Source: Squalus acanthias
Lineage: Eukaryota
DNA: 64,000 bases
NCBI GenBank assembly: GCA_030390025.1
Contig: CM059432.1
Span: 90,460,001-90,524,000, forward strand
Reading direction: 5' to 3'
The translations under genes were made by a program, and so were the position numbers. The notes under the pieces are model-generated. The model was not told where the DNA came from, searched no databases, and saw nothing but the letters and a program-made list of their open reading frames with translations. This document shows positions 1-13,408 of this stretch, piece by piece. The stretch's first letter is position 1, and each line of letters begins with the position of its first letter.

Positions 1-72
1 TCTCGTTAAATGGCGGAGCAGGCTCTAGGGGCCGAATGGCCTGCTCCTGCTCCTATTTCTTATGTTCTTATG
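1..72 (+). mobile_element. CR1 LINE 3' tail
   Basis: AATGGCGGAGCAGGCTC...CTGCTCCT stem-loop followed by (TTCTTATG)n, the same tail as other CR1 copies in the window. Confidence 0.85.
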
Positions 73-2119
73 TTCCTGCTTTTTGTGGACAGGTCACACC
101 TGGGTAATTTTCCACTTTGTTGGGTAGATGGTAGTGTTGTAGCTGTACTGGAACAGCTTGGCTAGAGGCGTGGCTAGTTCTGGAGTACAAGTCTTCAGCA
201 CAACATCTGGGATGTTGTCGGGTTCTATAGCCTTTGCTGTATGCAGTGTGTTCTACTTGATATGTGGAGTGAATCAAATTGGCTTAAGATTGGCTTCTGT
301 GATGGTGGAAATCTCGGGAGGAGACTGAGACGGATCATCCACTAGGTGCTTCTGGCTGAAGATGGTTACCAACGTTTCAGCCTTGTCATTTGTAGTCGCT
401 TGCTGGGCCCCGCCAGCATTGAGGATGTTGATGTTCATAGCGCTCCCTCCTCCCGTTAGTTGTTTAATTGCCCACCACCATTCATGACTGAATGTGGCAG
501 GACTGCAGAGCTTTGATCTGATCCATTGGTTGTGGGATCGCTTAGCTCTGTTGATAGCATGGTGTTTCCGCTGTTCAGCATGCATGTCGTCCTGTGTTGC
601 AGCTTCACTAGGTTGGCATCTCATATTTTTAGGTATGCCTGGTGCTGCTCTTGGCATGATCTTCTACATTCCTTATTGAAGCAGGGTTGGTCCCCTGGCT
701 TGATGGTAATAGTAGAGTGAGGGATATGCTGGGCCAGGACTTTACATATTGTGGTGGAATACAATTTCTGCTGCTGCTAATGGCCCACAGCGTCTCATGG
801 ATGCCCAGTTTTGAGTTGCTAGATCGGTTCTGAATCTGTCCCATTTAGCACGGTGACGGTGCCACACAACACGGTGGAGGGTGTCCTCAGTGTGGAGACG
901 GGACTTCGTCTCCACAAGGACTTGTGCGGTAATAACTCCTACCAATACTGTTATGGACAGAGGCATCTGCGATAGGTAGATTGGTGATGACGAAGTCAAG
1001 TAGGTTTTTCGCTTGTGTTGGTTCTCTCTCCACCTGCCGCAGGCCCAGTCTGGCAGCTATGTTCTTCAGGGCTCAGTCAGTATTGGTGCTACCGAGCCAC
1101 TCTTGGGCATTGAAGTCCCCCACCCAGAATACATTCTGTGCCCTTGCTACTCTCAGTGCTTCTTCCAAGTGGTGTTCAACGTGGAGGAGTACTGATTCAT
1201 CAGCTGAGGGAGGGAGGCAACGTTCCAGCGGCCTGGAGGTCACGCGCAGTCCACTCACTGGCTTATACATGGAAGAAACCGTGCATGTGCGACAATTTGA
1301 ATGGGCCATGCAGCCAGTTAAAGGGACTTCGCAGGGAAAATAAAAATTAGCGGGAACAATGGAGGACGGTTGGTGTTAATCAGTTTTCCTTGCCTCTGTT
1401 TGACCAGATGCCATGGGGGTCGGAGTCAATGTTGAGGATTCCCAGGGCCACTCCCTCCTGACTGTGTACCACTGTGCCTCCAACTCTGGTGGGTCTGTCC
1501 TGCCGGTAGGACAGTACATACCCAGGGATGGTGATGGAGAAGTCTGAGACGTTGGCTGAAGGTTATGATTCTGAGAGTATGACTATGTCAGGCTGTTGCT
1601 TGACTGGTCTGTGGGACAGCTCTCCTAACTTTGGCGCAAGTCTCCAGATGTTACTGAGGAGGACTTTGCAGGGTCGACTGGGCTGGGTGTGCCTTTGTCG
1701 TGTCCAAATCTGATGCCTAGGTCGATGCCGGGTGGTCCGTCCGGTTTTATTCTTATTGTTTTTCATAGCGGATTCGTAGTGTTTTGATACAATAGAGTGG
1801 CTTGCTAAGCCGTTTTCAGAGGGCAGTTAAGAGTCAACCACGTTGCTTTTGGTCTGGAGTCACATTGGCCAGACTGGGTAAGGACGTCAGATTTCCTTCC
1901 CTAAAGGATATTAGTGAACCAGATGGGTTTTTACGACAATCTGGTAGTTTCATGGTCACCATTACTAATACTAGATTTTTTAATTCCAGAATTATTTAAT
2001 TCATTAACTGAATTTAAATTCCCCATCTGCTGTGGAAGGATTTGAACTCCTGTCTCTGGATCATTAGTCCAGGCCTCTGGTTTACTAGTCCAGTAACATA
2101 GCCACTATTTACTGTACCC
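73..2119 (-). mobile_element. Non-LTR retrotransposon (CR1/L2-group, second family), 5' part: tRNA-like head, APE endonuclease, start of RT; degenerate
   Basis: Broken minus-strand ORFs: SNIWRLAPKLGEL..PDIVILSES, VGDFN (APE motifs), later NDKAETLVTIFSQK. A/B-box-like head at about 2038-2107. Confidence 0.8.
1218..1361. mobile_element. hAT-type MITE inserted in the LINE
   Basis: Ends CAACGTTCC / GGGAACAATG; 8-bp flanks GAGGGAGG / GAGGACGG; related to 8893-9010 in the opposite orientation. Confidence 0.65.
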
Positions 2120-2954
2120 ATGCATTTGTATCAGACATTTGTATGACACCTTATTGATGAAGGAAGATGTGGGATTTGGTCTGTTTCGCCATCAGTATTG
2201 ATTGTCTCATATAGGATATAGTCGCTGACTCAGATGGAAAGTCAGGTGTGGCACAGCACCATACAGTTTCCAGCAATCAAGTGTTATGGCATTTCTGTCA
2301 TCCATCAAATTCTCTGCTTTGAAAACCGACTTCACCAAATAGAAGTGTTTTGTTCCCTGGTGCTGTGATCATGGATTTCAAACCTTTGAGGCATGATGTA
2401 TCATCAATTTTATCATACTTTCAGATACTGTTAAATCAGGGCTTCTCTTGAGTTTTATGAGAATTAACATTGTTGCTGTATCTGCCTCTCTCTTGCTCTT
2501 GGTGGAGATTGGGACCACTAGGCTGACCTGATTTAAGAAAAGTGTCTGGAAAGTGTAACCTTTTGTTCCTCAACTTGTCCCTACTTGTGACTTAAGTTCT
2601 GAGCAAAAAGTTTCAGAACCTATTGAACCTTTGGGTGTTGATGAGCTTGGTTTCTTTCACTCAAAATGATTACTGACTTTTGTCTCAGTACAGAAGGGCA
2701 GTGAATTGAGCATTTTGGTGGTAGACTCACTTATCTTGTAGACTGCTAAATGTATATGTCAACATCCTCCCCTATATTTTTGTCAAAAGTTGTGTCCGAT
2801 TTTACTTATGGCAAATCATGATGCTGATGTTCACCTGCCATCTCATAGTTTCTTCTACTGATGGGAAGTATCATTTAGTTGATGTGCACAGACTTGTCAT
2901 GTACACTTTAAACAAAAATGTCCATCTAATCAGTTTGCTCCAATTGGAAATAAT

Positions 2955-3703
2955 GGCCCAGAATTTGCGGCCAGCAGCGAAGCGAAGGTGTTCGCTGCTG
3001 GCCCCGAAGTACGCTTCACACAAGGATCTCGCAATCCCTGTGTCGAGAACTTCGGGTTTTCCGACCTTCAATTCAAATCAATGGAAGTTAATGGGGATTC
3101 CCTTGTGCGAGCTGCTGTGACGTCAACAGGCTGTCTAATCAGCCAATCAAAAGGCAAAATTCTCAGACAGTGAACAAGGAAGTGAGCAAGCCCTTAACAT
3201 TCTAACTTTAAAAAAAATGTTAGCACCAATCTTTGTTTTGCTCTCTATCATATGGGGAAAAGGCAAACCTGAAATAAAGATGGACAAACTATTTAAAAAA
3301 AAAGTAAATTTATTTTGAAAAGTTTCTTAATTTTAATATTAATTAAAATAGACAAATTTCATATAACACAAAATTTAAAATTAGTTTGCCAGGCCGTTAA
3401 CATTTGTTTACTAGTAATAACGCTGTTAAAAACCCCAGTTACATCTAATCCCTTTGTTTCTAACTTTTACTGGGGAATTTAACAGCGTACTTACTGTGGA
3501 CATGCCGAAGATTTCCTGATTTAGCTGATTACACAGATTGCCGGCTCTGTGGGGTGGGGTGGTGGGAGTGCAGTGGCAGAGCGCAGCCAGTTTTGGAGCT
3601 GTCATTGACAGACATGCTGTTAACGAAGTTGCGGTCAGTTTCAAAGGCGGAATGACGGTGAACGCTGCCAGTTCGCCGTCATCCCGACCGCAAATTCCAT
3701 GCC
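2955..3703. mobile_element. Harbinger/PIF-type MITE, family A
   Basis: TIR GGCCCAGAATTTGCGG / CCGCAAATTCCATGCC; 3-bp TSD AAT on both sides; reverse-complement similarity to 41846-42601. Confidence 0.8.
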
Positions 3704-4620
3704 AATATTTTTGATAAGTAGAAACAAGTGGTTGGCAGATTAGGTTGTGCATTGGATCTGTTTGTATTACTCCCTAGAATAGTGGGGCTCACCAGGAAAA
3801 GTTGGAGCTCTTTTTTTACGCTAGCCACATCTTGCAGCTGTCTGCATGGCAGTGACCTGGACGGATGTGCATGCTTTCACTAAGCATTTTGACTTTATAG
3901 CTCAGGTTTTGGCACTGCTGTCGTTCTACAATCATGAGTATTTAGGTCCCCCACCAATTTTTATATTACTTTTACATACTTTAATTTAAATAATAAGTTA
4001 CAATGTTAGATTACCTGCCATGGGTATGTTTCGACATTCTTTGAAAGAAATACATGGAAACTGGCCATTTGGCCCAACCAGTCTCACGTTTACCCTCCAT
4101 GCAAACAAAAGTTCCAATCACATTTACCCACCCTGTTTCCATATCCCTTTATCCCCTTTTCCTTTGTTCACATAGCCAATCTAATCTTGAACATTGAAAT
4201 AGGCCGGAATTTTGCCTACTTGGGCGGTGTCCGTGGTGGGTCGTGACCCCGCTGCAGGCTTCATCCCGCTGTTGAAAATGAACTTGCCTTAATGGGGCTT
4301 ATTAAGCCTGTCCACGTTACCCAGCCCAATTAGATGGAGCTGGTCTGGTGACATCATTCATGACTCGTTTTCAGCTGGGATCTTTAAAGGGGCCGTGGCC
4401 ACGTTACATTTGAAGTTTAATCTAGCAAAGTGGGTGTTGAATCTTTACAATAATATAATAAATTATATATGAGTGACAAAAATATTTAAATAATCTTATC
4501 ATTAAGTAATATGACACCATCTACAAATACGATCAAGAACATAATTTAAAAAGTACAGTTATTGGTGCTTTAGTCACATCTCAGTAACTGGTACAAATAA
4601 AAGATGTGTGTATAGGTAAT

Positions 4621-5364
4621 GGGCCGAAAATTGATCCCGGGACGCGAGAGTATGCACTGCGTACTCTCGCGTATTCCCACTCCAATTGCCGGTTTTCTGC
4701 ATGCCCTGCGCATGCGCTGAAAACCGGCAATTGCTCTTCCGAAAAGGGGGCGGGGCCGGAGTGCATCGCGTGCGCGCTACAGGCTGCGCGCACGCTGTGC
4801 ACTTCATGCTTTGGACGCGCAGGTAAGTACTGAAGATTTTGGAAATGTAAAAAGGAGGAGTAAGACCCGCTTTTAAGAAGGTAAGTAGTGAATTAAGTAT
4901 TTTTTTGAATTTTTTTTTACAGGTATATCTTTTTTATAGACTTTAAAGACAGGTAAGTTTATTTTTATAACTTTTTAAAAGATTTTAAATTTTTTCAAAA
5001 ATTTAATTTTTTATTTAAAATGGTTAATTTAATTAACTATACTTATTTTATTAATGTGATGGTTTTTTTTTTTAATTTAATTGAGGTTTAGCTGTTATTT
5101 TGGGGGGGTGTAAGATTCATAAGTCTCTCAGCCATGCTGTGAGACTTATGAATGGAAGATGGTGTGCTGCCATTGGCTCTAACTGAGTCACGTGATCCCA
5201 CAGCTCGCACGAATTAACTACGCCGCTGGGATACGCAAGCCCAGCACAGCTGATGTCTGGAACATCAATTTCGTGCGAGCTGGATCAGAAAAAGCATAAG
5301 CGAGGTGAGACATCGCGGGAAAGGCTTACCCCCGCGGGAACAGAGCGAGATCAATTTCTGGGCC
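4621..5364 (+). mobile_element. Harbinger/PIF-type MITE, family B (promoter motif / splice donor / hairpin type)
   Basis: TIR GGGCCGAAAATTGATC / GATCAATTTCTGGGCC; flanks AAT/ATT; same layout as 30282-31047 and 52849-53611 in reverse orientation. Confidence 0.8.
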
Positions 5365-5403
5365 ATTATATAAAATTTAGCAGATTTTAAATGTAATTGT
5401 AAA

Positions 5404-6140
5404 GGGGTGGATTTACAATCTTATGCTGGACTTGCAAAGATACTCCGTGTTCTTTGGCAGCTCGTCTAATGGAGGCATCAATATTGCGGGTTGCTGATGC
5501 CATTTAAAGGCAGCCTGCACCTCTTAAAGTCCTAAAAACTTCTCTCTACTCTTTACACTGACACACTTCCTTCTTTCATGCAGGGCCACCTTGCATGCAA
5601 TAACAGGGAGCAGGCAGCCATAGGAGGAGGGCCATGCTGCAACCATGTGATGTACCCACTTGAAGAATGGGTTATGGAGCGTGGTGTCTAGTGAGGCTGG
5701 AGGTTTAAATCATCTTCCTCCTTCCTTTCTCAATTAAATCTCACCCTTGCACATTATGCATGACAAATTTCTGGGGCTTTCAGAAGCCACTCACCTGTCT
5801 CTGCTTACCCATATCACAAAATTATAACTCTTGTCCCTTTCTTCCATTTCAAGTCCATAAGCTCCACACAGCCCTCAGGGAGCAGAAGTAAAAGAAGAGA
5901 GCAGCAATGCCACACAGGAAGCGTCATTGGACCTTGCCCTTACAGACACCAACTCAGAAACTGGCACCACGTATAATTCAGAGGGTAGTCTAGAGGGTTC
6001 TGCACTTAGGAGGGCTGTGTGGATTTCCATCAGTATTCTTATGTATGGAGGGCCCTAATATCTTCATCCGTACCCTGAACAGCAGGACTAAGATGCAAGC
6101 TGTCCCTTCAGTGAGCTGTTTCCTCAGCCATCATATCCTC
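5404..6140 (+). mobile_element. Degraded Harbinger remnant (Myb/SANT-like gene fragment)
   Basis: Near 5585 the sequence reads like ..ACNNREQAAIGGG, resembling exon 2 of the Myb-like gene at 32040. Confidence 0.35.
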
Positions 6141-6164
6141 CTGCCCATGGTCCTGCGCACTAGT

Positions 6165-6690
6165 GATGGGTGCAGGAGTGTGATAGAGTACTGTTCACTT
6201 GCCTGAATGGGTGCAGCTCCAACAACACTCAAGAAGCACAACACCATCCAGGGCAAAGCAGCCCGCTTGTTCGGCCACCCCCATCCACCAGCTTAAACAT
6301 TAACTTCCTCCATCACCCGCGTACCGTGCCTGCAGTGTGTACTTCGACAGCACCTCCCAAACCAGTGGTCCCTACCACCTAGAAGGAGTGCATGGGAACA
6401 CCGTTGCCTCCAAGTTTCCCTCCAAGTCACACACCACCTTGACTTGGAAATATGTTCTGTTTTTATTTCAGATTTCCAGCATCCGCAGTATTTTGCTTTT
6501 GACTTGGAAATATATCGCCGTTCTTTCATCGTCACTGGGTCAAAATCCTGGATCTCCCTTCCTAATGTAGGAGTACCTTCACCACATGGACTCAAGAAGA
6601 AGGCCTACCACCACCTTCTCGAGGGCAACTAGGATTAGGCAATAAATGCTAGCGATACCCATATCCTAAGATTGAATTAAAAAAAAAATC
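6165..6690 (+). mobile_element. Second-family LINE 3' end
   Basis: Tail GGGCAACTAGGATTAGGCAATAAATGC..poly-A; matches 36190-36585 and 38903-40265. Confidence 0.8.
6454..6498 (-). mobile_element. 45-bp Penelope-like fragment with 15-bp TSD
   Basis: TTGACTTGGAAATAT duplicated at 6439-6453 and 6499-6513; the insert is the reverse complement of the motif seen at about 12648-12700 and 18810-18860. Confidence 0.7.
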
Positions 6691-7036
6691 TCATGGGAGA
6701 AAGAGTCAAGTGTTTTGGGCCTTGGAATTCTGTTGTTTTTCAAGTGATTCCACCTTTTGTGAGATGACATTTCTGTTAATGTGCAAACACGGGAGGGCTT
6801 GCATGTGATTTGGAAACTGATCAGAGTCAGCCCAAACTTTTCAAGAGCTCATCTTGAAAGCTGCCATTCCTCAATGTCACAACTCCTGGGTAACAATTAA
6901 TTGTGCTGTATAGCAGGACGCTTCAGAGAAACAGCTTTATTATGAGTTAGATGAGAAAACTAGAATATAACAATCTTTCACACGGTATCAGTGGTATTCC
7001 TTTCATATATTATTTCGCCCTGATTTATTTTTATAG

Positions 7037-7156
7037 ACAAATAACTCGAACAACAGCGGATGATCAACTGCTGCATCACCAGATAGCAGCCAAGAAAATA
7101 GAAATAACAGTAGTTTACAAAAAAATAAAATTTGTGGAAAAAAAAGTTGACAATAG
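7037..7156 (+). CDS. Candidate internal exon of host coiled-coil protein gene (phase 2-2)
   Basis: TTTATTTTTATAG acceptor, AG|GTAATG donor, 120 bp open frame QITRTTADDQLLHHQIAAKKIEITVVYKKIKFVEKKVDN in non-repetitive DNA. Confidence 0.55.
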
Positions 7157-8892
7157 GTAATGGTCAGGCTAACCGGCATCCTATTGTATGTGTGTTTTTG
7201 TCATCCGCATATTTGTATAGCACATCTGTCTAACATCATGGGGCACTTAAGTAGCTTGTCTCTTTGTAATTAAGTCATTATGTACATTTGTACATGTGTC
7301 AGTATATTGGCGGTTTACTTCACATTCTAGTGTAGACACAAGTATTGCATGCATCAAACTTGGCACACAAGATGTTTTAAATATTTAACCGTTTTTAAGT
7401 GACAGTTTTAGGTTGCATTTTTTAACCCCTATTAGCTAAAGCAAATGTCTAACATTTGAAAAGAAGTCACTGAAGCATGATTGGATGTTGCTTAACAAAA
7501 AATGCACTGAATACTTATTTGGTAATGGCAATGTTTTGTTCTACTGAAACAACCTCTATAAAGCATGATGATAGTTAATCAAATATATAGGTTTACAAAT
7601 TATTTTAATTGAAAATATACTGCATTAATTGCTCGATAGCTTGAATATTAGAATTGTGGGGCTGCCACTGCCTACCTGGCTCTTTATTTCTTTTGCAATT
7701 TATAATTGATTGATATTCCCATGTACTATGCAGTTGAATTATTTATCACCTATAAACCCTTGGCTTACTAATTGTTTAATTTTAGTGGATGTAAGTGTTT
7801 TATTAAAATCTGAGTTGTCGTGTTCAGTAGTATATCAAACCTAAACACTACAGTGATGCATGGGGACGAGGCAACTGAAGTTGATCAGCTGCTGTTTGTA
7901 TTTTTATTGAAGTCCTTTTCGGCTGAAACAATAATTTCAGATTAAAGAGCTTGTTAGAATAATTTGATTAGTAGCATGTGGTTAGGCTTGTTTGATTAAT
8001 ATACCTTTTATAAACCTGACTAGAGAAGTCATTTTCATTAAAGATGTGATAACCTGATGTAACGAGAGATACCGCAGAGTAAAATGGAAAAACTTCTCCA
8101 TCACAATATCCACAATTCAATCGACTTCCTGATTTAAAACTATCATATGCACCAGGTGCTTAAGAAATTTGGCTGAATATTTGTTTTGACTAATCTATAA
8201 TATTTGGCAGGGTCAGTTAATACAGTAATGACAAAGCAAAGTACTAGACAAAAAAGCTGCTCCACAGACTTTTCCTCAACAATGTTCAGTTAATATACAC
8301 TAATAGATCACGAGTGCCATTGCAAAAGAGTGAGAGATTCAATGTGATTTCTGATGATAACCACAGTCATAAAGCACCCTAAATGCAATTGGAGACAGAT
8401 CCTGCGATCTGAGCATATGACGTTAGCGCAATTTTTCAGGATGCAGCAATAGGATTTAAGCTACCCAAATAATAGAATACTTCTCTTCAGTCTCTAACAG
8501 AATCTGGTTGATTTTCAAAATTATTTGAAGAAAGTAATGGGGACAAATTTTAAAAACTTTATTTAGGTAACATTTATATTGGGTGTTTTTTTTTTTTTAA
8601 ACCCAACTCATCTGGTGGGAATGGGCATGGGTTAGGCGGGATATTAAAATAGCGAAAATTGACATCGCACTGTTCCCACCAGAAACCTGCCAACTGCCAT
8701 TTTAATTCAGGAGCAGTCTCTGGTGGCAAACTCACCTGCCGGAAACCTCTGGCAATGTTGCCCTTTAAGAGTGTGAAGTGTTTGGATTTGAAATTTCTTT
8801 CTGGCTTTATTGAGAATATTATATAGATACATATCTATCATTTGTGTATGATATATCCGATCATTTACATATATCATAGTCACATACGCATA

Positions 8893-9010
8893 CAATGTTC
8901 CCTTTAATTTTTTTTGGGTGTGTGGCCCATTCAAAATACTGCACATGCACGGTTTTTCCCCATTTAAAAGCCAGTGAGCTGGCTGCGCGCGAGATCCAGA
9001 GTGCTGCAAA
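8893..9010. mobile_element. hAT-type MITE fragment
   Basis: Starts CAATGTTCCC; body is reverse-complement similar to 1218-1361. Confidence 0.55.
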
Positions 9011-9026
9011 GGATATACAGCACACT

Positions 9027-9027
<1 letters not shown>

Positions 9028-9069
<42 letters not shown>
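9028..9069. repeat. (CA)n microsatellite
   Basis: About 21 CA units. Confidence 0.95.
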
Positions 9070-9070
<1 letters not shown>

Positions 9071-9829
9071 TAGACATGCAACACGCAGCACACCAATGAG
9101 ACATGCACATGCAACTTGCGCACTCCAATGAGACACACACTCTCAAACTCGTGCGGGCGACACTCGCGCGCGGGGGCGACTCTCGCACGCGGGGGCAACC
9201 CCCCCTCACTCTCGCGCGCCTCTCTCTCTCGCGCTTTGTTTACAAGAAGTGAGGTTTCCAGCATACACCTTCTCAACCTCTGCTCCTTCCTCTTCAACCT
9301 CTCCTCAAACTGAACTATTTCCCTGCCTCTTATCCTTCCAGGCGGGGGTGTCATTCCTGAGTAACTGTAATTGCCTTTAAAGATTTCTTAAAACTATACC
9401 CCCTTGCTTTGGTCATTCTGACATTTTATAATTCTTAAAGCAGTACTTCTATCGCAAATACAGAGCTCTGAAAAGTCTATGGCTAACATATCGTTCCTCT
9501 CTTGCTCTGCTACAATGTTGGTATGACTATTTAGTTTAATTATCCATTTTATTTTGCAATTTCTCTGACCATGTCAAGGTTTTTTGGGGTTAGTTCTTTC
9601 CTCCTCATTCCCCCTGATTTTCAATGATAAAAATAGAACCTAAAAAATACACCTGTGTTTTAAAATTGGAAACAAAAATTGAATTTAATGATCTTTAACC
9701 ATACACTCTCATACTGTAATCCCTTTCTGACATATTTATCCAGTCCCTTTTTGAATATTTTAACATTATCCACTTCTACTGTCTGCTCAGACTTTTTGTT
9801 CCATACATTCATCGCTCTCTGCATAAAGT

Positions 9830-10480
9830 CATTAAATATAAAATGTCGGTTTTCACCCTGCTAAGCATGAATTTGTGCCCCTTTGCTGAATTTGTCATTA
9901 TATGAAACATTAAGGTTTAATTTTTCTATATCCCTTTTTAGAATGTTGAATACATCAATAAGGACACTGCTAAGCCACCTTTTCAACAGTGTCATAGAGT
10001 CATAACGGCACAGAAGGAGGTCATTTGGCCCATCTAGTCCGTGCCGGCTCTCTGTCGAGCAATCCAGTCAGTCCCATTCCCCGCTCTATCCCCGTAACCC
10101 TGCAAGTTTATCTCCCTCAAGTGCCAATCCAGTCTCCCCTTGAAAACATTGAGTGTCTCCGCTTCCACCACTTCCGTCGGCAGCGAGTTCCAGGTCCTCA
10201 CCGCTCGCTGCGTAAAAAAGTTTTTCCTCACATAGATATTCAGTTTCCGTAGCCCCTCCTTCTAACTCCTGTACTTCATCCAAGTTATCAATTTAGTGCC
10301 CTTCTGCCCACACTGTAATATGGTGACCATAATTGTACACGTATTCCAATCTGGGCCAGACCACAGCTTTGAACAAACTCATTATCATTTCCTGGCACTT
10401 ATGCTCTAGCCATCTAGACACACAATTTAAGATTTTGTTGGCTTTCTTTACTGTTGCCGCACACTGTACTGATGGTTTTG
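9830..10480 (-). mobile_element. Old CR1 3' fragment containing a younger CR1 3' end (about 9991-10232)
   Basis: Minus-strand ORFs VKKANKILNCVSR..PRLEY and MRKNFFTQRAVRTWNSLP; GTCATAGAGTCATA tail. Confidence 0.8.
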
Positions 10481-11547
10481 TACAATTTATCCACAATTGT
10501 TTCCAGATTCCTTTTTTGAGCTGTGTTCTGTAAACTAATATCATGGCTACACTGAAATTGTTGGCACTGATTGCAGCACTTTAGTATGCAGATTGTTGAA
10601 ATTGGAAAAATAATAGTGACAGTTTACTGTGCAGTGAATACTCAGTTTTAACTCTTTTTATAATTTGTGATGTCCATATAAATGTAAAGGTTAAATGTAA
10701 TTTAAAAGGTGGCTCAGTAATGCTGCACATTAATATATTAATGCCAGATTAATATAAATGTGCTGTTATTATAGTATTGTTGCCACCAGTGCTATTTTAA
10801 CAATCTTTGTGTGAATCTCTCACCTGTGCACTGCCAGTGCTATCTTCTCCTGGATTACCAGAGAGAGCATATATCTAGGTTCCAAACTTGCACATACCAC
10901 TGTCCCAGCCTTGTCATACAGTAGCCTTGATGTATGCATTCTAGGGCTATTAGATCTGGTCCCTGTCCTCAGCCATTATAGATTTACTGAATTCCAAGTT
11001 GTGTTCACAGGCAATATCCTTGAACAAACTCTTTTTACTTTGCCTTTCACAACATCATCCAACAATATAATCTAACCTGAATAAGCAAACACTCACATTT
11101 TCATACCTTGGCCTACACAGCCAATGTTAATTTAGCCATATGCCCAGCACTACAATGGGAAATGGACATTGCAGTCAGACAGTATAGAAAACATCTAAAC
11201 TATCTTAGTTTGGGTACTCTGTCAATATAATGAAAAATAAAGATTAGTGAAGCATTGATATTCTACCATCAAACATCATTGCTGTAATTTGTTCTAATAG
11301 CAACATGATACCCTGTCATATGTACAAAACATTCAGGAGAGATCTAGGGCAGTGTAATCACGCTAACATTTTCTCTGTGACCAACCTTGGTGCAGGACCC
11401 AAAATCCTAAAGCTGGCTCTGAGTCCCATTGCACCCAAATAAACAGTGGCAAGAAATTAAATTGATTGCACTACATGTATTTCATATGTGTAGTTCTGCA
11501 CATTCAGCTAAGTAATATTAGACTATCTGTTTGGAAAACACATTGTT

Positions 11548-12257
11548 GGTCCGGATTTTGCGATAGAAATAACGCTGAGGAGTAAATCGGACAACAACTT
11601 CTGGTCTCCGCCCATGTGCAGTAAAATGTGGAAATCTGGAAGTTGCTGTCTGATTTACCCTGCTCCTCCACAAGCTTTGGTACGCAGATACCTTGCCGAT
11701 AGGTTCAGCATTAAAATACATGACTGGCGAGAAGTTGTGGTACTTGCCCACTAGTTACTCACTAAACACGCCAGAAAAAGTTAGGGCTGGTGCAATCAGG
11801 TGTAAGAATTTTTAACTGCATAATAAGTCTTAATTACTGCCAAACAACCTCTCTAGCCCTGAAAATTTAATTTTACAAGTGTGCCGTTTCATTCCTTCAG
11901 AATGTAATTATTGTTGGAGATTTAAAAAAAAATTAAAATTAACTTTTTTTTCCTCTCTTACTTTTCCGTTCTTTATTTTTCTTTCTGAACATGATTTTGC
12001 ATTGAATTAAACATTCCAATTTATACTTCCTGGTTTGGACTCTGCGTATCACAGTGAGGATTCTTCAATTTGATTGGTTGCAGAGACACGCTGTTGCTTG
12101 CCCTGTTCACACACGACACAGATCCCCCGTAGAGGGTGCCACACTGAAAAGGATCTCTAAATACCGCAAGTTGGCGCTCAAAAGCCTGCAAAAAGTCTGT
12201 GAGCAGCTCTAAGCGTAATGAACGGCGAGTGCCGTTCCTTCGCCACTGACTGCAAAA
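11548..12257. mobile_element. Harbinger-type MITE, family A, right end truncated
   Basis: Left end GGTCCGGATTTTGCG; collinear with 41846-42601. Confidence 0.6.
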
Positions 12258-12647
12258 GTGTTATAAGAATTTGGAAGCTGCAAAAATACATATTGAAACT
12301 GACAAAAACTATGCACTAATTAACTACATAAGTTCATGTAGAATAATAACTGGAAAAGGTGAAACACAAAAATGCATTAAGATCTGAAGTTCTTGAGAAC
12401 AGCTGTAACTACATTCTCTTGTTTACGTCAGTCACTTGGCACATAGTCCCACTCGATTGAGCAAGACTGTCCCAGAGCGACTAAGTGTAATTTAATCATA
12501 TTGCTACAGTGGCCCATCACCAAATTTTCTGTGCTCACTAAATGCTGAACTATTAGCGCTGCATTTTTCTACCTACGACAGGGAGCTAAATGCAGTGAAT
12601 GGTAGAAGAGGCAATAAGAGCACATTTGCTACTATTTAAACAAAAAG

Positions 12648-13010
12648 AAAACACTGTGCATGCCTGAAAATCTAAAATTAAAAACAGGATATGCTGGAAA
12701 AAAACTCAGCAGGTCAGACAGCATCTGTGGAGAGAGAAACAGAGTTAACCTTTCAGGTTGATGACTTTTCATCAGAACTGGAACATTTTTAGAGGTTAAC
12801 AGTTTTTAAGCAAGTACAGAGTCAGGGGAAAGTGGGGAGGGGAGTGGGCAGGAAAGAACAAAGGGAAGGTCTTTGATGGGGTAGAGGGCAGGAGTGATTA
12901 AATGACAAAAGTCATGATGTTACAAGACAAAAAGGGGTGGTACTGGAACAATTAAAGAAACAAAAAAAATGGGTCCCGAGAAGGTGGAAGTTACGGCAGA
13001 ATAGCAGATG
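12648..13010 (-). mobile_element. Penelope-like element fragment with degenerate hammerhead motif
   Basis: Minus strand 12743-12780 reads AGTT-CTGATGA-AAAGTCATCAACCT-GAAA-GGTT-AACT. Confidence 0.6.
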
Positions 13011-13408
13011 AGGAGGGAAGCATGGAAAATCTGGCGAAGACTCCTGTGACTTGGAAATGTGGCGGAGAAAGGTGGGAAGACCCCAGGGGTGAAGACCACC
13101 CCGCCAGCCGTGTACTAATAGAAGATTCCTACCCCAAGCAGTAGCCCACACCTCCTCCACTCCCTGTGGCTCTGGTGCAGCATCCTCCATTACCAACACA
13201 TGCTGTCCGAGAAAATGGGAGCGGTGGTTAAGATCGATCGATTGATCTTTACTAATATTTCGTCTGTTCTATCTTCTATTTGTATATGTCCATTGGAACA
13301 CAGTTCTCATTTGCTAGCTGATGCAAGGAGGAATAGTTGTGATGTATCTAGCAATATAGATGCTCAACAGTTGATTTGTCATAAACCCCAAACATTGTTG
13401 AAGATGAT

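Noticed and set aside
8707..9354. Several ORFs with CV/HT repeats and a CpG-rich patch
   Set aside because: Artefacts of the (CA)n tract and low-complexity GC/CT repeats; the origin of the patch could not be determined
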